Of a DNA stretch of 64,000 bases, positions 55,979 to 64,000 are shown in pieces. Within the stretch, counting starts at the first letter, position 1, and every line of letters begins with the position of its first letter. Below the pieces are notes generated by a model that was not told the origin of the DNA, searched no databases, and saw only the letters and a program-made list of their open reading frames with translations. A program made the position numbers and the translations under genes. This DNA comes from a virus (lineage: Duplodnaviria > Heunggongvirae > Uroviricota > Caudoviricetes), in the IMG/VR virus record IMGVR_UViG_3300028914_000001, positions 189,489 through 253,488 of that record; one strand, given 5' to 3'.

Positions 55979-57205
55979 ATGACCCCAGAAGAACAGTTCA
56001 GACAGGTAGTATCCACACTCAATATACCGAAAGTGCAACTAGAAGCGATTTGCGACCTACACTCCGCAGTCTACGAGGCTATGGATTTGAAAGGAATCTA
56101 TGACAAGTTGTCCCATCTGGACAATTACCCGAAGATTAGCAAGGCGATTAAGCTTGGTGGGGCTGCATTGATTGGAGGATGCCCGGTAGGTGGCGTGTGT
56201 AACACTGACTGGAACAAGGTGGCTGAGGGATTTGGCGGTGCCGACAAGCCCGTAGAGCAGTGTATAGACCAGCCGGAGAGTGCATACGACGAACAGGATA
56301 CGGTTTTCGACTATAAGGGCAACCCAGGTGTTGTCGATACCAATTTCACCGTAAAGACGGAGCCTAAGGCGGAAGAAACGCCTAAGGCGGAAGAAACGCC
56401 TGAGCCGAAAGAAACGCCTGAGCCTAACGAGGAAGTGAAGGAGGATGAGGATGATGACCTTGTCAGGGATACATTCTTGGTGAAGTTCCCGACACCATCT
56501 TCATCCGAATCGAGCGACGATGCTCTAAGGAAGTTCATGATGACGAATCTCTCCAGTGTATTCAAGGAAACCCATACACCTCAACAACAGGCTGCCCATA
56601 TCGAGCGCATCCTTCGTGCGGTCAAGAATGTGGCCAAGATTACGTCAAGTCGTGGAATCGGCGAAGCCGAGTTGCTCGCCATCATGTGTGTCGAGAGCAT
56701 GTACAACGACAAGCCGAAGACAACGAAATACAGGGGACTCGCCCAGCTGGGTGACGATGCAATGGACGATGCAAGGAAATATGCAAGAAGGTTCGGTCTG
56801 GATGCGTCAAAGATGCGTGACCCCGAGATTGTAGAGGATGCAGTGAACCTTGCCGCTGGCTACCTGTTGTACCTCATGTACCGTACCGACCGCAGCAACA
56901 AGGTGAAGCCTGACGGGAATGACGACAAGGAGATTGGTAACATGACCTACGCCATTGCCTGTTATAACGGAGGCATAGGCACGACCAAGTCAAAGTACCA
57001 TAACAATAAGGAACTTAGTGTTCCTATGCTTTACCGAATGGTTGAACGTAAAGAACTGACCCCCAACCAGGCAGTGAAAGTGAGGGGTTCGATGAAGGAG
57101 GCGTTAAGCTATCCGAAAAAGGTATTCAAGGTGCTTGATTACTTTAAGAGTATCGGATTGCCAACGCACTTTGGTTCGGGAAATGTATATTATCGAAAGA
57201 GGTAA
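55979..57205 (+). CDS. leader-tagged lytic transglycosylase (SLT-like)
   Basis: AIMCVES, GLAQL, AAGYL, ACYNGG, YPKKV; F-x25-E leader; (P/K)EETP repeats. Confidence 0.8.
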   Translation: MTPEEQFRQVVSTLNIPKVQLEAICDLHSAVYEAMDLKGIYDKLSHLDNYPKISKAIKLGGAALIGGCPVGGVCNTDWNKVAEGFGGADKPVEQCIDQPESAYDEQDTVFDYKGNPGVVDTNFTVKTEPKAEETPKAEETPEPKETPEPNEEVKEDEDDDLVRDTFLVKFPTPSSSESSDDALRKFMMTNLSSVFKETHTPQQQAAHIERILRAVKNVAKITSSRGIGEAELLAIMCVESMYNDKPKTTKYRGLAQLGDDAMDDARKYARRFGLDASKMRDPEIVEDAVNLAAGYLLYLMYRTDRSNKVKPDGNDDKEIGNMTYAIACYNGGIGTTKSKYHNNKELSVPMLYRMVERKELTPNQAVKVRGSMKEALSYPKKVFKVLDYFKSIGLPTHFGSGNVYYRKR

Positions 57206-57208
57206 TAC

Positions 57209-57541
57209 TTGAATTATTCTGCTATCTATTACAGTATAATCAGACAGGCGAATAAACGGGAATGCGTTATCGGTGAACTATGCGAGAATCACCATATAAT
57301 ACCGCTCTCCTGTGATGGTAGCAACAAGAAAAGCAATCAAGTAGAATTAAAACTCAAAGAGCATCATATTTGCCATCTTCTCCTTTTACGCATGGGGTTG
57401 TGTAAAACATATTATTTTTCCAGACTTAGCTCAAAACAATATATTTTTATGAAGACTCTGGAAAAACAAAAGTATGAGCGAAGTAAACACAAACAGAAAA
57501 CCCGAAGACGTTACAAGGCTCGCCAAGTATCTCTTGTTTAA
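57209..57541 (+). CDS. small HNH homing-endonuclease-like protein
   Basis: NYSAIYYSII...ENHHIIPLSCDGSN...N...L..KEHHICHLLL. Confidence 0.75.
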   Translation: MNYSAIYYSIIRQANKRECVIGELCENHHIIPLSCDGSNKKSNQVELKLKEHHICHLLLLRMGLCKTYYFSRLSSKQYIFMKTLEKQKYERSKHKQKTRRRYKARQVSLV

Positions 57542-58733
57542 GTATGCCCCAATCACGCATGCAGTTCTCGGATTCGCCGAGTTCGTATTTGACGACGTGA
57601 ATACGGTGGCCAGTTGCATAGAAACGGGAAAGCTCTATGTCAAGATGAACAAGGAATTCGTGGCTACGCTGGAACCCCAGGAACTTGCCCTTATTTTCTA
57701 TATCGAGTCGGTCCGAATCGGCCTCGGCCATGTTAGTACTCGTCTGTACAGTAACAAGAAGATATCCCTGATGGCTTCCGACCTGATTGCACTCAGAATG
57801 GGGTTGTGCTCGGACATTGGCGTGAACAATACGGCTTACGGCAAGGTCTTATCTAAGGTTTCTTTACTGGAAACCAATGTAAATAATCTGTATTACAGCA
57901 AGTATTACAAGGAATACGATTACCGAAAGGTAAGCATCGAAATCCTCTACAAGTTACTTACCGAGGGTAAAAACGGCGGTAAGAACAATGATGGCGACCA
58001 GAAGGATGATTCCAGCGAAAAGGATAATTCCGGGGGAATGTCTACCTATTTGAATGATGAAACTAGGGCTGACGAATGGAATGCCGAGGCCAACATTACG
58101 GAGGCTGTCGAGAGTGCTGCGGTCAACGGTGGCGGCAGTTGGGGAACGGCAGATGCCAATGGGGTAATCAGCATGCTCTCGAAGGCTACGAAAGTAGTCG
58201 ATGGCCGTACCATAATCAGGAAATTTGTGTCAGACGCTGTTGAATGTGGATGGCGTGAATGTCGATTCAAAAGAAACAGGCGGTTTGACCTGATGTATCC
58301 GGGACATATTCCTGAATACAAGGCGAAACTTCTGGTGGCAGGGGATGTTAGCCGTTCGATGCCGACAAGTGCCGTTTCTAGGATAATTTCACTTATTCTG
58401 GCCGTAGGCAAGGATGTCGATATCGACTATTGCTGGTGGAATACAAAATGTACCACTCCGGCCCACTTGACCCCGATGATGAGAAAAAAGAAGGAATTTG
58501 CCATATCGACTGGTGGTGGAACGGACTGCAACTGTGTTTTCCGCATGTTGGATACTTGCCGTACACGGTATGACGGAATAGTCATCGTGAGCGACATGGA
58601 TTTCTATCCCGAGCTCAAACTGGCTAAAAGGTACAGGGTTAGGAAGATACTGTGGGTGAAGACCAATCCCGACAAGGACCCTCCCGAAAAATACGCCAAA
58701 AAAGTGGTTGACTTGAACGAGTTGGAACATTAA
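57474..58733 (+). CDS. DUF2201-like metallopeptidase/VWA protein (HEXXH degenerate)
   Basis: DVSRSM, GGGTD, VSD VWA motifs; RNRR..L.YPG; IESVR at the HEXXH position. Confidence 0.7.
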   Translation: MSEVNTNRKPEDVTRLAKYLLFKYAPITHAVLGFAEFVFDDVNTVASCIETGKLYVKMNKEFVATLEPQELALIFYIESVRIGLGHVSTRLYSNKKISLMASDLIALRMGLCSDIGVNNTAYGKVLSKVSLLETNVNNLYYSKYYKEYDYRKVSIEILYKLLTEGKNGGKNNDGDQKDDSSEKDNSGGMSTYLNDETRADEWNAEANITEAVESAAVNGGGSWGTADANGVISMLSKATKVVDGRTIIRKFVSDAVECGWRECRFKRNRRFDLMYPGHIPEYKAKLLVAGDVSRSMPTSAVSRIISLILAVGKDVDIDYCWWNTKCTTPAHLTPMMRKKKEFAISTGGGTDCNCVFRMLDTCRTRYDGIVIVSDMDFYPELKLAKRYRVRKILWVKTNPDKDPPEKYAKKVVDLNELEH

Positions 58734-58762
58734 CCGTCGAATCTGCTTTTTTGGCATGATTA

Positions 58763-58894
58763 TGAACTACCCATCCACATAAGATGGGTGGGTTTCCCCG
58801 AGTCCATCAGTGGCATTACAGAAATGGTTGATTTTTTGTCAAGGTGGCTTTCATCTCGGCCACTAAATATGACTGAGGGTTTTCGTCGCCACAT
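58763..58894 (-). mobile_element. non-autonomous IS200/IS605-type miniature element (left and right ends joined)
   Basis: Two imperfect palindromes: GAAAACCCTCAGTCA-tattta-GTGGCCGAGATGAAAG (left-end-like) and GAAACCCACCCATC...GATGGGTAGTTCA (right-end-like); no ORF. Confidence 0.5.
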
Positions 58895-58903
58895 TATAAA
58901 CTA
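58895..58903 (+). promoter_or_regulatory. putative late promoter TATAAACTA
   Basis: Recurrent motif. Confidence 0.7.
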
Positions 58904-58931
58904 TTTTTGATTGAATTTAATCGGCTAGACT

Positions 58932-61900
58932 ATGTCATTTGAAAGAATTGTAAAAGAAGTTGACGTATTGACCTATAATGCGAGGAGTGTTCTTAACGCC
59001 TTGATTAGGTCGGTACTCCGATATGGGACATCAAACGGATATACCGTCGTAAAAAGCGGGGTCGAACTCAAACTTACCAGGAATGACATCTACCTCCTTT
59101 ACAGACTGTACAATGAATGGGCTGGCCTTGGCTTTGAAAAGGATACATTCGAGGCTGCTTGTGACAATGTTCGTGAAAAGTTCATGCCTGTGGCAAACGT
59201 GAACCCGCTTCTGGTAGCCGATGCGGACGATGACGAACTTCTCCATGCGGTTGTTACTCATTCTAAAATTCTGTATCTGAATTCCAGTAACAAGAAAAAC
59301 GATAACCAATACTGGATTGAACAGATTATAAATGCGGCTGACAAGACGGTCATATTAAATTCATCCCCTATTCCAGTCAACCTGAGAACCCCTGTATTCG
59401 ACGAGAACATGGAAGTGGACAAGTATTCCCAGTATGAGACCTACTTGCTCCCGATGGGCTACTACATGTCTCTTATCCTTGGTTCTGCTGGTGATGAAAC
59501 TGACCATGTAGGTGGCGGAAGAAACTGGTGGTTCGATGTCGATAACGAGTTCAAGGTCAGCTCCCCGGCAGTAGTGCTTGGCGGAGATAATGGAACTGAC
59601 CGATTCACTCACCGTGTCGCAAAAGACGAAAGCGGTAATCTGTCTAGTTACAGCCTTGCATACGGGTATAACACGAAACTCATTGGTGATTACGATACCG
59701 TTGGCGGTGTTTCAACTTTCGTATTCGGCTCCAGTTCACATGGTATATCCAGTGCTTCTATGCTGCAAGCGAATTATGCTGGCATCTATGCAGGATTCAG
59801 CAACCAAGTGCATGCAGATAACGGAATGACCGCAGGCGGTGAGGACCTTACTGTCCTAGGAACTCACGGATTTGCCGCAAACCGTTCCAACACGGTTGGC
59901 TATCCTGGACATCTGTTCAAGGTTCCTGACCTTAAAAAGATTGACGAAAACTGCGAAGTCGTGGTAAATGTATGTGAAGGGGAGACTTCAAAGACTCTTA
60001 CCAAGTATAATCCGACCAACGTTCTTGATATTTATGTTAACCAGAATGAGTTAACACCAGTATCATGGTCGAAATTCAAGGTTGGCGACAAAGTCATTAT
60101 CTATGACCAAACAATCAATGACAAGAACTATATGTATTGGTTCGGTGTTGAATTGCGCCATCAGATAACGACAATTACGGGTATTGACACGGCGAATATT
60201 GCTTTTACTAGGCTTATTCTTAAAGATAATATCAAGTATAGTGAAATCGGTGTCGATGGTGGCCGTGTGGCAAAGTATAGTTCTGCCCAACACGCTAGCT
60301 TTGGTACACACTCCACTGCATTGAACTACTTGACGATAGCGGCTGGGGTCGACCAGACTGTCGTCGGCACAGCAAACTATCCTGTGGTAAACCCGAATTT
60401 CATTGTTGGAACAGGTTACATTCCCGAAGGCGACGAGATACAGAGCCAGTATATAGGTATTGGTGCATTCGGTACTGATGCCGATGGATACATTCATAGC
60501 AAGGTCTATCGTAGAAACGCTTTCATGGTTGCCCGTGACTATATCCATGGAGCGACCAGCGACTATATCATGATTGGCATGGTCAATGACCAGAATCAAA
60601 CGGATATTCGCCACTGGGTAGCTACTACGGATGACCAGGACCATAGGGAATTGTACCTTGAAGTTGCAGACGGGTCCGAGGAAGTCGCATGGAACGACCC
60701 TAACGATGACGACATTGACCCGGATGACTATCAGCAGTATCACACCAGCCATATAGGCCTATCCAATACTAGGATGGTGCTCGGTAGGTTCACTGACCGT
60801 TCAAATGATGGAGACAAGAGCTGTCTCGCTGCAATCAATTTCTATGACAAGCGTTGGTTTGCTGAACATGACGACGTGAACCAACACAACATGCCTAGAA
60901 ATACGGCGCTCGAACTAATTGGCGAAAATGCAATTCGTGAACTGAAGACGAATTTCAATATTACAAACGGATTCGTCAAGCCAGACGGTTATATCTGCCA
61001 GTCCAGATATGCACCAGACAAGAGTTATGCCGTATGGAGGGATAACCCTATTGCCAACATGTTGTATGCGGAAAACGAATACATCGCAATAAGCAGTGCG
61101 AATACGCTGTCCATGTATTCATCAAATCTAGTCCTTCTTGCGTCCAAGAGCAGAATCGCTATAGAAGGGCCTAGGTTTGAAATCAGTCCGGCTACGAGTA
61201 CAATAGGAACCCTTGCATTGACGGGTGATGGTAAAAGCCATTGCCACGACTGGATTTGTGGTTGTGGAAAGGTGAATGACGTTCAGCAGCCGGACTTTGC
61301 CCGTGTTATGTACGCTGGCTTCCTGATTGCTACGTTTGGAGATGTTTTGTATGGATATTCGAAGAATATCTTGCCGACCCGAGACCTCGTATGCTGGGGG
61401 CTCGAAGAATTTGCGTTGGGTTCAGCGTCTGCACATATATTCTCGTCGGTAGGCGGAAACAATGGCGATATTGAGAATTACAAGACGGAGTGTCAGAATG
61501 AATCCGTAAAACTCATCTTGCCTGGTCCGAGTAATACTGAGCATATTCATCCTGTATTGATGCGATACAAGGAAGAGACGACAAACCCGGCGGGTATCGT
61601 AAGCCCAGAAATAATGAAAGTGGACAAGCTTGCCCTCATGGACGATGTCGTTACCAGGCGTACAATTCAAGGGGCATTGCATATCACAGGTGACAACACT
61701 CCATCTGCTTATAGGTGGGTGAAGGTGGCTAATGTGACAGTCCCTGCGCCAGTTGGCGGTGTGCAGAACTTTGCCGCTGGTTCGTTCATTATCATGGCAT
61801 CTGGCAGCAAGGGATGCGCTAAGCGTGAAATCCATTTCAATATTGCCGGAGTTGGCGGAGGTAGCAGTACGGCGACGGTAAGGGGGTACTCGATAGACAG

Positions 61901-62174
61901 CCCGAACAGTGGTCGTGCATATAACCAGAAGGCTTGCGGTGCAGTTAAGGCAGTGCCTGTCAACACGCCATCGGACACTGAGCCAGCACACTACGGTATA
62001 TGGGTCCAGATTTACAACCTCGACTTCTTCAGTATCTACCAGTCAAGCTTCAACGAAGGACAGGGTATTCTCTTATGGGAAAAAGGCGTATTTGCATTGA
62101 ATAACATTACAGATACCAATCTCGTACGGACCGAAGTACAAGACGCAAACGCCACAACCATTGCAGATGCATAA
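58932..62174 (+). CDS. putative tail fibre / receptor-binding structural protein
   Basis: Gly/Ser/Asn-rich short repeats (QTVVG..N...FIVGTG...R.NAF), C-terminal WVKVA beta module; late motif. Confidence 0.6.
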   Translation: MSFERIVKEVDVLTYNARSVLNALIRSVLRYGTSNGYTVVKSGVELKLTRNDIYLLYRLYNEWAGLGFEKDTFEAACDNVREKFMPVANVNPLLVADADDDELLHAVVTHSKILYLNSSNKKNDNQYWIEQIINAADKTVILNSSPIPVNLRTPVFDENMEVDKYSQYETYLLPMGYYMSLILGSAGDETDHVGGGRNWWFDVDNEFKVSSPAVVLGGDNGTDRFTHRVAKDESGNLSSYSLAYGYNTKLIGDYDTVGGVSTFVFGSSSHGISSASMLQANYAGIYAGFSNQVHADNGMTAGGEDLTVLGTHGFAANRSNTVGYPGHLFKVPDLKKIDENCEVVVNVCEGETSKTLTKYNPTNVLDIYVNQNELTPVSWSKFKVGDKVIIYDQTINDKNYMYWFGVELRHQITTITGIDTANIAFTRLILKDNIKYSEIGVDGGRVAKYSSAQHASFGTHSTALNYLTIAAGVDQTVVGTANYPVVNPNFIVGTGYIPEGDEIQSQYIGIGAFGTDADGYIHSKVYRRNAFMVARDYIHGATSDYIMIGMVNDQNQTDIRHWVATTDDQDHRELYLEVADGSEEVAWNDPNDDDIDPDDYQQYHTSHIGLSNTRMVLGRFTDRSNDGDKSCLAAINFYDKRWFAEHDDVNQHNMPRNTALELIGENAIRELKTNFNITNGFVKPDGYICQSRYAPDKSYAVWRDNPIANMLYAENEYIAISSANTLSMYSSNLVLLASKSRIAIEGPRFEISPATSTIGTLALTGDGKSHCHDWICGCGKVNDVQQPDFARVMYAGFLIATFGDVLYGYSKNILPTRDLVCWGLEEFALGSASAHIFSSVGGNNGDIENYKTECQNESVKLILPGPSNTEHIHPVLMRYKEETTNPAGIVSPEIMKVDKLALMDDVVTRRTIQGALHITGDNTPSAYRWVKVANVTVPAPVGGVQNFAAGSFIIMASGSKGCAKREIHFNIAGVGGGSSTATVRGYSIDSPNSGRAYNQKACGAVKAVPVNTPSDTEPAHYGIWVQIYNLDFFSIYQSSFNEGQGILLWEKGVFALNNITDTNLVRTEVQDANATTIADA

Positions 62175-62185
62175 CGGAGATTTTT

Positions 62186-63949
62186 ATGGCACAGAGTTTT
62201 TCTAATGCTTTTCCTCTTGAATCTATCGGGCGTGACATTGCCAGAAACAACTATAACTACGAGTCGATTTTCAACGCACTGATGGAGTGGAATAATTCTG
62301 AAAAGGATTATGTCACGGTTCGCCTGATGAAGAATAGCGCACCTTATTTCCATACATGGACTTTCCCTACGAAGAAGGCTCAGTCGAAAACGGCTAGCAT
62401 CTCGTTGGTAACCCCTGTCGCAGCAAATGCCTTTGACCTTGATGGCGAATACGGGATGGTTGCATCAACCGATGCGACTGATGAGGGTAAGGATGATGTC
62501 GTGATTCGAATAAATGTAGTTAATCCAGGTAACACCCGTTGGCGAGCCTTTGCTGATGTTTTAATCCTAGATTCTACGGACGAAGCGGAAACTCTCAAGT
62601 ATGCTGTTTACCGCAAGCCCGAAACGGGTGGAGTATACAGCCTTTACATGGTAGATAGTCCGAAGGAAGGCTCGACCGATGCTGTTGTTAGCCCATTGAT
62701 TGTTGATTTTAGCTCAGTAAATGGGCGTCAGAACATGAAGCACCATTTTGTTGTCAACGAGGGTTCTGTTTATGCAGTTACCACAGACAATCCGCTGTAT
62801 ATTAACGATTTGGGCACATCGAAGGCGATTCGTGTTGGAACTGTGTGGAAAACAGGGACTTCGTACAACAAGGGTGAGCTTGTCGTGAAAAATGATGGCG
62901 ATGGCTACCACATGTTTGTTAACCTGGCTGAAGACGGTGCTAACCTGAGTGACCCTAGCGATTATTTAGGAACTTTGGTTGACGGTAGCTATGTAGATTA
63001 TGCAGGGGAGGACCAGCTATGGAAGGAAATGGTGCTTCTTCCGATAAGCAACATTTTCAACAGTTCGTCCGTAATCAGGATGAAGCCAGACAATGACTTT
63101 ATGGGTATTGTTTTGCAAAACGCAGGCAATTCCTATGCCGAACCTGCCGTCAATATTGGAATAGAGGGTAATAGCAAGTACAAGACGAAGGATAGTACCT
63201 ATGCCCGTCGTGTAGGCGTGTACAATACGGCTAACTACACCATGTTCCCATACACGAACAACGATGTGTGGGTTGAAGGAAGGGATTGTGTCTACGACCC
63301 TAATATTCCTATCACACAGCGTCAAGGATACAGTGCAAGCATGATTTTTGACCATTCCAGGGATGATGTAACTACTCTGAATTACATCAATTACGATGGC
63401 CCGGACCTTGACCAAGGCCTGTGCATCTATCTTCCTGTTCATGGCCAGTCCGATGATAGTAATGCGGAGAACACGCCGGAAGATGGATACACATTTGACT
63501 TCTTCTTTAGGATATGGCCGACTCCTGCATACAATGGTCATTCGACAAACGACCTTATCATAAACAAGGCTCAGATATACGTTTACTCCGTTGATGATGC
63601 TGACGAGGCTAAGAGCGGTTCATGTACGCTCAACCCTCTGGCAAAGTTTAGCATGGCCCGTCTCACGAACTTCTATGTCTATGACGAGAATATCGGCGTG
63701 CCTAACCGTCCCGTGATGTATCGTGCATCATTCGTCTATTCTGCCGAAGATAAAAAGTGGAAAGTGGCGGACTATTACCAGTTGCCGGACCATGTGTTTA
63801 TCGGTCCTGTCGGCTTCGTTGACCCTACAAATAAGGGCATTACGGACGATTCCAGACCCGGAAATGACTACCAGGGTTATGAAACAGCAGGATTCCCGAT
63901 GTTTGCTGACCCGTTTGAAAAAACTTCGTTAGAACCTGTGCAAGAATAG
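62186..63949 (+). CDS. putative virion structural protein
   Basis: Follows the fibre gene; WKTGTSYNKGELV resembles a CBM5/12-type motif. Confidence 0.55.
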   Translation: MAQSFSNAFPLESIGRDIARNNYNYESIFNALMEWNNSEKDYVTVRLMKNSAPYFHTWTFPTKKAQSKTASISLVTPVAANAFDLDGEYGMVASTDATDEGKDDVVIRINVVNPGNTRWRAFADVLILDSTDEAETLKYAVYRKPETGGVYSLYMVDSPKEGSTDAVVSPLIVDFSSVNGRQNMKHHFVVNEGSVYAVTTDNPLYINDLGTSKAIRVGTVWKTGTSYNKGELVVKNDGDGYHMFVNLAEDGANLSDPSDYLGTLVDGSYVDYAGEDQLWKEMVLLPISNIFNSSSVIRMKPDNDFMGIVLQNAGNSYAEPAVNIGIEGNSKYKTKDSTYARRVGVYNTANYTMFPYTNNDVWVEGRDCVYDPNIPITQRQGYSASMIFDHSRDDVTTLNYINYDGPDLDQGLCIYLPVHGQSDDSNAENTPEDGYTFDFFFRIWPTPAYNGHSTNDLIINKAQIYVYSVDDADEAKSGSCTLNPLAKFSMARLTNFYVYDENIGVPNRPVMYRASFVYSAEDKKWKVADYYQLPDHVFIGPVGFVDPTNKGITDDSRPGNDYQGYETAGFPMFADPFEKTSLEPVQE

Positions 63950-64000
63950 CGTTTGAAAAATATAATTTAGTGGTAGAAGCGCTGACTGCTTCATGTTACA

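Noticed and set aside
1-64000. tRNA or rRNA genes, CRISPR arrays, introns, inteins, alternative genetic code
   Set aside because: None recognised by eye. Core genes are uninterrupted under the standard code and intergenic gaps are short. A tRNAscan/Infernal run would be needed to exclude them formally.

Overview
This 64 kb window is from a large, divergent T4-like (myovirus-type) dsDNA phage using the standard genetic code. A signal-peptide beta-barrel gene suggests a diderm host. All product calls come from reading motifs by eye; no database search was run. Recognisable T4-type core genes are primase gp61, clamp gp45, SSB gp32, helicase gp41, UvsX/UvsY/UvsW, RNase H, major capsid gp23, portal gp20, a gp25-domain baseplate protein, gp46, late sigma gp55, Dda, a DHFR-like protein and gp15. 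They are shuffled relative to T4 and mixed with accessory genes. Two promoter classes are visible: sigma70-type TTGACA-N17-TA(T/G)NNT and a putative late motif TATAAACTA (11 exact copies found, all just upstream of genes). The main finding is six otherwise unrelated proteins (ART-like, NUDIX, acidic protein, two Gln-rich proteins, lytic transglycosylase) that share an ungapped 27-residue N-terminal leader F-x25-E, each behind the late motif. This looks like a capsid-targeting, protease-cleaved tag for head-packaged cargo. Other leads are a cluster of apparently dead or miniature virion-protein mimics, a structured ~260 nt ncRNA candidate, a minimal PolA/T7-RNAP-superfamily protein, a nucleotide-signal counter-defence cluster, and IS200/IS605-type end relics.
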